A stretch of DNA of 64,000 nucleotides from Burkholderiales bacterium (GCA_031414735.1 JANNWL010000227.1:1909-65908); one strand, 5' to 3'. Shown: positions 28,199 to 37,114, counted from the stretch's first letter. Translations and numbers: made by a program. The notes: generated from the sequence alone by a model not told the origin.

Positions 28199-29187
28199 AG
28201 CGCAGGGGCGCGGGCCGTGGTGCCCGCAGCGATGGGGCTGGCCGCCGGCCCGGGCCCAGGCAGGGCTGCAAACAGCCGGGCCTGCAGTTCCACCGGGTCA
28301 TTGATTTCGCGAATGCGGTCGAAGGCCAACTGGGCCGGCGGGAAGCGCCGCCGCAGCAGGTTCAACCACTGCTTGAGCCGACCGGCGCGGTGTTTGGGCG
28401 CCACGTGGCCGGCGATACGCTGCCAGTACTGCGCCACGACGGGCAGCAGCGTTGGCCAATCCGGCGCCGGCTGGCCACGCAGCGCCAGAGCCAGGCCGGG
28501 GTCGGCCACCATGCCACGGCCCAGCATCAAGGCGTCGCAGCCGCTCTCGGCCAGGCAGCGCCGGGCATCGCCGAGGTTCCAGACTTCACCATTCGCAACG
28601 ACCGGAACCGACACCGCCTCGCGGATGTGCGCGATGCGGTCCCAGTAGGCTGGCGGCCGGTAGCCGTGCGCCTTGGTGCGGGCGTGCACCACCAGTTCGC
28701 TGGCGCCGGCGCTGGCAATGGCGCGGGCGCAGTCCAGCATGCGCGACTCGTCCTGGTTGCCCAGGCGCATCTTGGCCGACACCGGCAGGCCGGCCGGCAC
28801 GGCGCCGCGCACCGCCGCCACGATGGCGTGCACCAGGTCCGGCTCGTCCAGCAGCACGGCGCCGCCGCGGTGGCGGTTGACGGTGGGGGCCGGACAGCCG
28901 GAGTTCAGGTCGATGCCTTCCGGCCCCAGGCTGGCCAGCAGCGCGGCGTTGTCGGCCAGGCAGGCCGGGTCGCTGCCCAGCAGCTGCGGCCGCACGGGTG
29001 TGCCGGCTGCGGTGCGGCCGGCGGTCAGCAGCTCGGGCACGATGCGCGTGAAGACGCGTGCGGGCAGCAGCTGGTCGGTGATGCGGATGAATTCGGAGAC
29101 GCAGCGGTCGACGCCGCCGACCCGCGTCAGCGCATCACGCAGGCTGTGGTCGAGGAGGCCCTCCATGGGGGCGAGCAGGATGCGCAT
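28183..29187 (-). CDS. dusC: tRNA-dihydrouridine synthase DusC
   Basis: MRILLAPMEG, IDLNSGCPA, VSAKMRLG, VHART, VVANGE; the 3' end overlaps the M17 gene. Confidence 0.9.
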   Translation of the reverse strand: MRILLAPMEGLLDHSLRDALTRVGGVDRCVSEFIRITDQLLPARVFTRIVPELLTAGRTAAGTPVRPQLLGSDPACLADNAALLASLGPEGIDLNSGCPAPTVNRHRGGAVLLDEPDLVHAIVAAVRGAVPAGLPVSAKMRLGNQDESRMLDCARAIASAGASELVVHARTKAHGYRPPAYWDRIAHIREAVSVPVVANGEVWNLGDARRCLAESGCDALMLGRGMVADPGLALALRGQPAPDWPTLLPVVAQYWQRIAGHVAPKHRAGRLKQWLNLLRRRFPPAQLAFDRIREINDPVELQARLFAALPGPGPAASPIAAGTTARAPALQAAV

Positions 29188-29195
29188 GAGCGGCT

Positions 29196-30305
29196 TCAAC
29201 AAGCGGCCGCGGCTGGCCTGGGCCCGCATTCTCGTGGCAAGCGCTGGGTTGGCCGTGCCGCCGGCTTGCCTGGCGCCCGGGCGCGCAGGGCGGCGGCCGG
29301 CAAGCCCCAGCCGTCGGTGGCCTGCTGCGGGGCGTGGTTGATCAAGCGCACGCCGGCCAGGCCCGCGGCGGCGGCGCGCTCCAGCAGCGTCTCGGTGCCG
29401 GTCTCGCCCAGGCTCAGCACGAAGTGCTGCCAGCGGCGCTGCACACGCTCGTTCAGCCAGGCGTCTTCGAGCGCACGACGGACAGCCGGGGCATCGTTGC
29501 CGGCCTCCAGCACCCGCGGCGCCAAGGCGGCCACGAAGAGGTTGAAGTCGTGGCGCAGGGTGTGCGCCGGCAGCATGGCACCCAGCGCGCGCGCCCGGGC
29601 GCTCCAGCCTGGCGTGGCGAATTGCAGGGTCACCAGCACCTGCAGGCCCTGGGCGGCGTTGAGCACGCGCACCCGGTTGGGCGGCAACAGCGCCAGCGGC
29701 AGCCGCGCTGCCTCGAAGAAGGGCAGCGGGGTGGCAAACGCCCGCAGGGTGGCCAGACGCCACCAGGCTGAGGCGTCCAGGCCATCGACCAGGGCGCCGT
29801 CCAACTCGGCGCGACGCGCGCGGCGCACAGCACCGATCACGTCCACCGCGGCCAGGGCCTGGGCGGCCTGGTGGCTCAGCGTGGCCAGGTTGCCTGCGGC
29901 AAAGCCGGCCTGGGGGTTCAGCCGCGCCACGTCGCCGGCGAGCTCCGAGTGGGCTGCACCACCCAGCGGCTGGCGCAGCACGGGGCAGCGCTCGGCGTGG
30001 ATCTGGCCCAGGTAGTGGGCTGTGACCTGCTGGCCCTCGAAGCCGACGCCCAGGCGCCAGGCTTGCAGGCGCAAGGCCAGCCACCGGCGCACCGACCGGC
30101 TGGCACTGAGCGTGCGGGCGCCAAAGACGGCCTTGCCGGCCATCCAGCCCTGGCAGATGGGCGTGTCGTGCAACAGCAGCCCGGGGGGAGGCACCAGCCC
30201 GTGGTGGGCGTGGTCCCAGCCGAGTTCGAAGCCGGTGCGCTCGCAGGCGTCGGCACGGGGGGCGGGGCTGGCGGGGGTGTCCAGGTTCAAGGCGGCTTGG
30301 TGCAT
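29196..30305 (-). CDS. Hypothetical protein with a degenerate HNH-like segment
   Basis: GFELGWDHAHHGL, RCPVLRQPL...RLNPQAGFAAGNLATLS; AAGGAAG RBS before ATG 30305. Confidence 0.7.
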   Translation of the reverse strand: MHQAALNLDTPASPAPRADACERTGFELGWDHAHHGLVPPPGLLLHDTPICQGWMAGKAVFGARTLSASRSVRRWLALRLQAWRLGVGFEGQQVTAHYLGQIHAERCPVLRQPLGGAAHSELAGDVARLNPQAGFAAGNLATLSHQAAQALAAVDVIGAVRRARRAELDGALVDGLDASAWWRLATLRAFATPLPFFEAARLPLALLPPNRVRVLNAAQGLQVLVTLQFATPGWSARARALGAMLPAHTLRHDFNLFVAALAPRVLEAGNDAPAVRRALEDAWLNERVQRRWQHFVLSLGETGTETLLERAAAAGLAGVRLINHAPQQATDGWGLPAAALRARAPGKPAARPTQRLPRECGPRPAAAAC

Positions 30306-30619
30306 GAGGCTTCCTTCGGGTTCGCTGCGGGCGCCATGCCGGCTGCGTGAAGGCAGTTTCATCCCGAGGTAGCTCACAGACTGAGCTACCAATCCGTCGC
30401 ACAGCGATTTCTTCGGCGGGCGCACGGTCGGTCGGCGCGCACGGGACTTGAAGCGCTCGATCGCCGGAAAAGCCAGCAGAAGTTCACGCTTTTCCGGCGC
30501 AATCGGCTGGACCGACCTCAAGCCGCTGCGCGGGCGGCCGAGAAGACTGGCGTGAAGGCCGAACCTGCGCTGCGCTGCGCTGTTCGCCTGCCCCCTTGTT
30601 TCTTTGCGACGGGATTCTC

Positions 30620-32911
30620 ATGACAACAAGACCGCAACTCCTCCGGCGCCTGGCCGTCCTCACCGGGATGGTGTGGGCTCTCGGCTCGACCGGTGCCGCG
30701 CAAGCCCAGTCGTCGAACACCAGCAAGCTGTCCAGCGATCTCAAGAGTGTGTCGACGTCGCCCACCAACCCGGCTGCATCCGTGCCGTGGGCCAGGAATC
30801 TGAATGGTCAGACCCATGTTCGGGTGCTCATCAACGCCCGAAGCACCGACCCTGATCTGAAGGCGCTGCGTGCGGAGATCGTCGTCCGGGGCGGTTCGGT
30901 GTACTACAACTATCTGTCCGTGCGCGCCTTGTCTGCGTTGTTGCCGGCCAGCGAGTTGGCGGCGCTGGCCGCGCGCGCCGACGTGCTCAGCATCTCGCCC
31001 AACCGGCCCGTGCAGCGCCACGCCAGCCTGTTGCAGACCGTCACCGGGTCCGCCACGCTCCTGCCGGGCAGCCTGGGCGGGGTGAATGCGGCCGGCACGG
31101 CCCTGACCGGTGCCGGCGTGGGCATCGCCGTCCTCGACTCGGGCATCGACTTCCGTCACCAGAGCACCTTCGACGCATGGGGCGTGACCCGCGTCCGCAA
31201 CGCGATCGACATCGTGGGCGACGCCAAGGCCCGTGGCAAGAGCGTGTGGAAGAAACACGCCGACGGGTCGGAAGCGGTGCGGAAGTGGATGCGGGAGGAC
31301 AAGCTCGCCAAGCTCAATTCCTCCGACCCCGATCCGTATGGCCACGGCACCCATGTCGCCACGGTGGCGGCGGGCAACGGCAGCTACCAGTTGCCCGAGT
31401 CTGGCGGCGTGGCGCCAGGCGCTGACCTGCACGACGTGCGGGTGCTTGACGAAAACGGCATCGGCGACATGGACGACGTGCTGGCCGGCATTGACTGGGT
31501 CATCCAGCGTGCGCGCGCGACCAACATCCGTGTCATGAACCTCAGCCTGGGGGCGTCCTCGGTGGACTCCTTCCTGCTCGACCCGCTGGCCCGCGCCGTG
31601 CGCAGTGCCACGGCCGCCGGCATCGTGGTGGTGACGTCCGCGGGCAACTACGGCAAGAACGCGGCGGGCGCCAAGGTTCATGGTGCGGTGTCCTCGCCGG
31701 GACACGAGCCCTCGGCCATCACAGTTGGCGCGTCCAACATGCTGGCCACCGCTGACCGCGGCGACGACCTGGTCGCCGGCTTCAGCTCGCGCGGCCCCAC
31801 GCGCGGCGGGTTCACGATGGCCAGCGGCCGGCGCTGGGTGGACAACCTGATCAAGCCGGACCTCGTCGCGCCGGGCAACCGGGTGGTCGCCGCGCTGGCC
31901 GCCGACAGCGGCAAAAGCACGTCGGGCTGGAACCTGCTGGCGCGCAGCTACCCGCAACTGTCCCAGGTGGTCGGCGCCGGCCAGACCAGCCGCCGCACGC
32001 TGATGGAGCTCAGCGGCACTTCCGTCGCCGCGCCCGTGGTCGCCGGCGCTGCGGCCTTGCTGCTGGAGGCCAACCCGGGCCTGACGCCACCGCTGGTGAA
32101 AGCCATCCTGCAGTACACCGCGCAGCCGCTGGCCAACGCCAGCCTCGTGGAGCAAGGCACGGGCATGTTGAACGTCGAGGCCGCAGTGCGCCTGGCGCAG
32201 GCTCTGCGGACCGATCTGGGCCCCGCATTGGCCGCGGGCACCCTGCGGACCGGCGACAACATGCTGGCCGCTGGCCGCGTGTTGCCTGTCCAGGCATCGA
32301 CCTACAGTGGTCGCGCCGTGCCTTGGAGCCGCATGGTCTACGCGGGCGGGACCCACCTGGCCGGCGGTGACGCCTTGTTCACGCAGTGGCAGCCCGTGTA
32401 CGACCCGGCACTGACCTGGGCGCGCCAGGCGGTGCTGCGCAGCGTGGTCACCAACGCGCCGGGGGGCGCGCAGGTGCAGTCCATCGTGGAAGTCACGGCG
32501 CCTGCGCAGCCGCTGCTGACGGCAGGCGTGCGCCTGTTCGACGTGCTGGGCGGCAGCGTCAAGACCGGTGGCAGCCTGCTGACCACGCCGGTGGCCACCT
32601 TGGCCGGCCAGGTCGCCCGGGGCGCGGGCATGACCTTGCGCCTGGGCTTCAGCGGCGGCGCCGGCAGCGTCATGGGTGAAGGGGTGCCGCTGAGCCAGGG
32701 CTTCATCCTCAGCGAGGGCTTCATCCTGAGCGAAGGCTTCATCCTCAGCGAGGGCTTCATCCTGAGCGAAGGCTTCATCCTCAGTGAAGGCTTCATCCTG
32801 AGCGAGGCCTTCATCCTCAGCGAAGGCTTCATCCTGAGCGAGGGTTTCATTCTCAGTGAAGGCTTCATCCTGAGCGAGTCGCTGCGCGAACGCACGCTGC
32901 TGGGCGACTGA
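30620..32911 (+). CDS. Secreted S8 (subtilase) serine peptidase with a C-terminal (GFILSE)x10 tail
   Basis: Signal peptide ending AAQA; catalytic triad motifs AVLDSGI, HGTHVA, SGTSVAAP; oxyanion SAGN; DLVAPG. Confidence 0.95.
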   Translation: MTTRPQLLRRLAVLTGMVWALGSTGAAQAQSSNTSKLSSDLKSVSTSPTNPAASVPWARNLNGQTHVRVLINARSTDPDLKALRAEIVVRGGSVYYNYLSVRALSALLPASELAALAARADVLSISPNRPVQRHASLLQTVTGSATLLPGSLGGVNAAGTALTGAGVGIAVLDSGIDFRHQSTFDAWGVTRVRNAIDIVGDAKARGKSVWKKHADGSEAVRKWMREDKLAKLNSSDPDPYGHGTHVATVAAGNGSYQLPESGGVAPGADLHDVRVLDENGIGDMDDVLAGIDWVIQRARATNIRVMNLSLGASSVDSFLLDPLARAVRSATAAGIVVVTSAGNYGKNAAGAKVHGAVSSPGHEPSAITVGASNMLATADRGDDLVAGFSSRGPTRGGFTMASGRRWVDNLIKPDLVAPGNRVVAALAADSGKSTSGWNLLARSYPQLSQVVGAGQTSRRTLMELSGTSVAAPVVAGAAALLLEANPGLTPPLVKAILQYTAQPLANASLVEQGTGMLNVEAAVRLAQALRTDLGPALAAGTLRTGDNMLAAGRVLPVQASTYSGRAVPWSRMVYAGGTHLAGGDALFTQWQPVYDPALTWARQAVLRSVVTNAPGGAQVQSIVEVTAPAQPLLTAGVRLFDVLGGSVKTGGSLLTTPVATLAGQVARGAGMTLRLGFSGGAGSVMGEGVPLSQGFILSEGFILSEGFILSEGFILSEGFILSEGFILSEAFILSEGFILSEGFILSEGFILSESLRERTLLGD
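32699..32878 (+). repeat. Coding tandem repeat, 10 x 18 bp (GGCTTCATCCTSAGYGAR), encoding GFILSE
   Basis: Ten contiguous units read directly; unit 7 encodes AFILSE; almost all variation is synonymous. Confidence 0.98.
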
Positions 32912-32934
32912 ACGCCCTCGCACCGCCCGCCAGG

Positions 32935-32966
32935 GGCCGGCTTCGCGCAACGCGAAGCCGGCCTTT
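32935..32966 (+). terminator. Intrinsic terminator after the S8 peptidase
   Basis: 13-bp perfect stem GGCCGGCTTCGCG-CAA-CGCGAAGCCGGCC followed by TTT. Confidence 0.8.
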
Positions 32967-33002
32967 GTCCTGGTCTGCAGCACCCGGGCGGCACGGGCGC
33001 TC

Positions 33003-33029
33003 TCAAGTCCCGACCCCGACTGTCGATCT
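33003..33029 (+). promoter_or_regulatory. Possible sigma-28 promoter of the membrane GGDEF-EAL gene
   Basis: TCAA-N15-GTCGATCT; -35 box and spacing match, -10 box matches 5 of 8 positions. Confidence 0.35.
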
Positions 33030-33090
33030 CATGGGGGTGGTGCGGTGCCGAACCCCTGGGCGCGCGCTCGATTGCAAGTCAACGTCCTCG

Positions 33091-35613
33091 ATGAAGATTC
33101 CCTCCACGCAAGCCCCGCCGGCTGCCGGGGCCGCCGCCGCCAGGCCCGGCTTCAGGCGGCGCCACCTGTTCGACTACACGCCGGGCGCCGCCCGCCTGTG
33201 GTCGGGCATTGCGCTGGCGGGTGCTGCTGCCCTGGCGTGGGCGCTGTGGCAGGTGGCTGCGCTGCCGGCGCAGGCTTTGGCGCCGGTGTTCCTGGGTGGG
33301 GCGCTCGCCGCAGCGGCCGCACTGTTTCCATTGCAGATTCCGCGCACCTCGCACACCGTGCTGGTGGCCGATGTCTTCGTCTTCAGCATTCTGGCGGCCC
33401 TGGGGCCGGCCGCGGCCATGCTGGCGGCCGGTGCAGAAGCGGCGGTCGGCACCTACAGGACGTCCAAGCGTCTGACCAGCCGTGTGCTGAACCCCTCACT
33501 GGCCATGGCGGCGATGGCAGCCACCGGCGCCGTGTTCGTGGGTGGGGGCGGGCTGCTGCGTGCCTGGGGCTGTGCGCCCGCGGTGGCCGACCTGCTGGCC
33601 TTGTGCCTGGCCGCACCTGTGCAAGGTGTCTTGACCACCGCGCCGGTGATGTGGGTGTTGGCCCTGAAGAGGCAGGTGCCGTTGCGCTACGCGGACTGGT
33701 TCGGCGCTGCCAGCTGGGTGCTTGCCATGGGCCTGGCGGCGGCCCTTGTGGCCGGCATCCTGCACATCACGACGCAACGCTCCGGCCCGGGCGTGCTGGT
33801 CGTGGCGGCGGCCGTGGCCCTTGCGCTGGTGCTGTTGCTGCGCCACACCCTGGCGCAGCATGAGCTCGAACGCAAGGAGCAGGAGCAACGCATCAGCGAG
33901 GCGCAACGCGAGGCGGAGTTGAACCTGCAACGGTTCAGCGCCGCTTTCACGCAGGCCGCCATCGGCATGGCCATCGTCACGCCGATGGGGCAGGTGCTGC
34001 AGGCCAACGAGGCCCTGTGCCGCCTGCTCAGGCGCAACGAGCACCAGATGCTCAGCCAGCCCTTCTACGGTGTCTGGGCCGACGGCGACGCCGCACTGCT
34101 GCGCCGCAGGGCCGACCAGGTGCTGGGCGAAGCCGAGCCGGGCTTCTCGATGGAGCTGGGCTGCCTGGCGCCCGACGGCCAGCCCTTGTGGACGTCGGTG
34201 CACTGCAGCCGCTACCTGGACCCCGGGGGCGCCGGGGGCTGCCTGATCTACCAGCTGCACGACATCACCTCCCGCCAGGCGGCCGAGTCGCGCTTGCACC
34301 ACATCGCCTACCACGATGGCCTGACCGACCTGGCCAACCGCAGCTGCTTCCACCAGCGCCTGGACCTGGCGGTGGAGGGCAGCCGCCTCGACGCGGGCAA
34401 GTGCTTCGCCGTGATGTTCCTGGACCTGGACCGTTTCAAGGTCGTGAACGACAGCCTGGGCCACATTGCCGGCAACGTGCTGCTTCGCGAGGTGGCGCAG
34501 CGTTTGCGCGCGTGCGTGCGCCCGGGCGATCTCGTGGCCCGCCTGGGCGGTGACGAGTTCGCCATTCTGTTGGAAAACGTGCAGGCCACCGAGCAGGCCC
34601 TGACGCTGGCCCAGCGCGTGCTGGACGCGCTGATACAGCCGATCTCGATCAACGGCACCGAGGTCGTGCCCGGCGCCAGTGTCGGTGTGACCTTCAGCGA
34701 CCTGGGTTACCGCACGGTGGACGAAGTCCTTCGCGATGCCGACCTGGCCATGTACGAGGCCAAGGCCGCAGGACGCGGCCGCGTGGTGGCGTTCGACATC
34801 AGCATGCATGAGCGCGTGGCCGAGAAGCTGGCCCTGGAGACCGACCTGCGGCACGCCATCGGCGAGGGGCAGTTGACGGTGATGTTCCAGCCGCTCTTCT
34901 ATCTGCAGCCTTACAGCCTGTACGGATTCGAGGCTCTGGCGCGCTGGGAACACCCGACACGCGGACCGGTCAGCCCGGCGGTGTTCATTGCCTTGGCCGA
35001 AGAGTCCGGTCACATCGAGGAGTTGACCTCCTGGGTGATCGACCATTCGGTGGCGCAGCTGGCGGCCTGGCGGCGGCAATCGCCCCACCTGGCCCACCTG
35101 GGGATGCACGTCAACATCTCCGGGCGCGACCTGGGCCGCGCCGGCCTGTCGGCAGAAGTGCAGCAGGTGCTCGCGCGCCACGCACTGCCGGGCGCCAACC
35201 TGACGCTGGAGATCACCGAGACCACCCTCATGGGCCGGCTGGACGTGGCGCTGAAGACGCTGGGCGAACTGCGCAACGCGGGCGTGCAATGCAGCATTGA
35301 CGACTTCGGCACGGGCTACTCGTCGCTGGCGTATCTGAGCACCTTGCCGATCGACAGCTTGAAGATCGACCGCTCCTTCGTCATGGGCATGGACCAGCAG
35401 CCGCAGAACGTGGAAATCGTGCGGGCCGTCAACAACCTGGGCAAGTCCCTGGGCCACCGGGTGATTGCCGAAGGCATTGAGACGCCGCAACAGTTGGCCC
35501 TGCTGCGCACCCTGGGCGTGGCGCTGGGGCAGGGCTACTTGTTGTCACGACCGCTGCGGGCGGACCAGCTGTTGCCGCTGCTGCTGACAGGCCAGGGCGT
35601 CTCGGCGGTCTGA
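33091..35613 (+). CDS. Membrane sensor (about 7-8 TM) - PAS - GGDEF - EAL protein
   Basis: Hydrophobic N-terminal ~250 aa; AFTQAAIGMAIV PAS start; RLGGDEF, GFEALARW, DDFGTGYSSL, EGIE all intact. Confidence 0.92.
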   Translation: MKIPSTQAPPAAGAAAARPGFRRRHLFDYTPGAARLWSGIALAGAAALAWALWQVAALPAQALAPVFLGGALAAAAALFPLQIPRTSHTVLVADVFVFSILAALGPAAAMLAAGAEAAVGTYRTSKRLTSRVLNPSLAMAAMAATGAVFVGGGGLLRAWGCAPAVADLLALCLAAPVQGVLTTAPVMWVLALKRQVPLRYADWFGAASWVLAMGLAAALVAGILHITTQRSGPGVLVVAAAVALALVLLLRHTLAQHELERKEQEQRISEAQREAELNLQRFSAAFTQAAIGMAIVTPMGQVLQANEALCRLLRRNEHQMLSQPFYGVWADGDAALLRRRADQVLGEAEPGFSMELGCLAPDGQPLWTSVHCSRYLDPGGAGGCLIYQLHDITSRQAAESRLHHIAYHDGLTDLANRSCFHQRLDLAVEGSRLDAGKCFAVMFLDLDRFKVVNDSLGHIAGNVLLREVAQRLRACVRPGDLVARLGGDEFAILLENVQATEQALTLAQRVLDALIQPISINGTEVVPGASVGVTFSDLGYRTVDEVLRDADLAMYEAKAAGRGRVVAFDISMHERVAEKLALETDLRHAIGEGQLTVMFQPLFYLQPYSLYGFEALARWEHPTRGPVSPAVFIALAEESGHIEELTSWVIDHSVAQLAAWRRQSPHLAHLGMHVNISGRDLGRAGLSAEVQQVLARHALPGANLTLEITETTLMGRLDVALKTLGELRNAGVQCSIDDFGTGYSSLAYLSTLPIDSLKIDRSFVMGMDQQPQNVEIVRAVNNLGKSLGHRVIAEGIETPQQLALLRTLGVALGQGYLLSRPLRADQLLPLLLTGQGVSAV

Positions 35614-35740
35614 AGTCGCCGCGGCAGCGCCGCTGCGCGCGGGCCTGGTGGACGGCGCGGCCGCGCTTTAGGCCAAAGAGCTGCTGCGCCCGTACGACCA
35701 CGACAAACCACGACAACCCAGCCAGCCTGAACAGGCGGCC

Positions 35741-37114
35741 TCAGCTGCTGCGACGTACCCGTGCCCCCAGGGCCAGCAGGCCCAGCGCAAACAGCGCATA
35801 GGTGCCAGGCTCAGGCACCACGCTGACCTTCGCGAAGTAGGTGTCGATGCGCGTGGTGCCGTTGGGGTTGTCGCCGGTGAAGTTGGATGTGTCGCCCCAG
35901 GCCGCGACGAGCTTGCCGGCGTGAAAGTCCAGTGCGATGTAGTCGCCGCACTCGTTGCCGTCGCCGCCGATCGTGGCCGCCACGCAGCTGGTCACGCCCT
36001 GGCTGATCTTGAAGTTGGGCTCCCAACTCACGCCGCCGTTGAAGCTGAGCGTGCCCCACACCTCGACCGTGTTGTTGAGCGCCGAATTGCGTGCGTCGTA
36101 CCACACGGCACCCAGCCAGCCGGTGGTCTGGTCGACGGCCAGCCGGCCGAAGAACTGCGAGTTGGTGCCGACGTCGTTGTTCAGCTTCAGCTCGCTGCTG
36201 AAGGTGGCACCGTTGTCGTTGGAGCGGCGAAAGACGATGTCGGTGTTGTTGGTGGTGGTGTTGGCGGCTTGCGTGTACAGCATGTACAGGGCGCCGTTGT
36301 TGACGCCGCCTGTGGAGTCGTATTCCAGGTCGACCTGGGCGTCCACCGTGCGGCTGGGCTGCGGCGTGATCGGGCGGAAGCCGCCGACCTGGGTGGTCAC
36401 CGCGCTTTGCGCGACGAATGACGAACCGCCGGCCGTGCCATCGGCGTCGTAGCGGATCGTCATGCTGGTGGGGCCGATGCCGCCGGCTGGGCTCATCGAC
36501 GTGAATGCCGCGCGCCCGCTCGGGCCGACCGCGATCGAGCCGAAGTTACCCCCCGGGCCGACGGGCAACTGCGTGGTGAAGGCCGAGGTCACGCCCAGGC
36601 CTGTCGATGTGGCACTGATGATGCGGTTGCTGCTGCCGGTGGTGTCGCGCAGGAAAATGCTGTCGGTGCCGGGCGTGGGACCGGGGCCGATGCCCATCTC
36701 GGGGTGGTCTGAAGAGCCCGCGATGTTGGCGATGACGGTGTAGTTGGCGCCACCGTCCGTACTGCGGGCAATGGTGGTGGTGATGGCAGAGGTCAGGTAC
36801 GACACGTACATGTTGCCAAAGCGGTCAGCGCCCATCCAGGGGTCGCAACACGAGGTCGGCCCGAAGGAGCTGGGCGTGAATGAGGCCCCGCCGTTGTTGC
36901 TGAAACCCACGAAGATGCCGCTGCCGCCACGGCCGTTCGACCCCACGGTGATCATGTCGGTGTTGGTGCGGCTGATGGCGATGGACTGTTCGGACTGGTT
37001 GCCCGTCAATTTGGTGACGTTCACGTTGGGTCCGACCACATAGGTCTGGGCTTGGGCGCAGGGCGCCAGAACAGCCAACATGGACGCGGCGAGCTTGAAG
37101 GGCAACTTGGTCAT
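35741..37114 (-). CDS. PEP-CTERM exosortase substrate with BNR/Asp-box (sialidase-like) repeats
   Basis: Signal peptide; Asp boxes SNNGGASF, STDGGANY, SNDNGATF, SFNGGVSW; C-terminal VPEPGTYALFALGLLALGARVRRS. Confidence 0.92.
   Translation of the reverse strand: MTKLPFKLAASMLAVLAPCAQAQTYVVGPNVNVTKLTGNQSEQSIAISRTNTDMITVGSNGRGGSGIFVGFSNNGGASFTPSSFGPTSCCDPWMGADRFGNMYVSYLTSAITTTIARSTDGGANYTVIANIAGSSDHPEMGIGPGPTPGTDSIFLRDTTGSSNRIISATSTGLGVTSAFTTQLPVGPGGNFGSIAVGPSGRAAFTSMSPAGGIGPTSMTIRYDADGTAGGSSFVAQSAVTTQVGGFRPITPQPSRTVDAQVDLEYDSTGGVNNGALYMLYTQAANTTTNNTDIVFRRSNDNGATFSSELKLNNDVGTNSQFFGRLAVDQTTGWLGAVWYDARNSALNNTVEVWGTLSFNGGVSWEPNFKISQGVTSCVAATIGGDGNECGDYIALDFHAGKLVAAWGDTSNFTGDNPNGTTRIDTYFAKVSVVPEPGTYALFALGLLALGARVRRSS

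Noticed and set aside
30565-30582. (CTGCG)x3 microsatellite upstream of the S8 gene
   Set aside because: Too short and GC-rich to distinguish from background.
32699-32878. 18-bp tandem array considered as a CRISPR array
   Set aside because: Units are contiguous with no unique spacers, lie in frame inside a CDS, vary synonymously, and no cas genes are present.
30518-33006. Antisense ORFs with RMKPSL or DEAFAE repeats
   Set aside because: These are shadow frames of the GFILSE array; the plus frame carries the full S8 motif set.
35697-35716. ACCACGACAA x2 tandem between the sensor and PEP-CTERM genes
   Set aside because: Only two 10-bp copies, consistent with a local slippage duplication, with no functional context.
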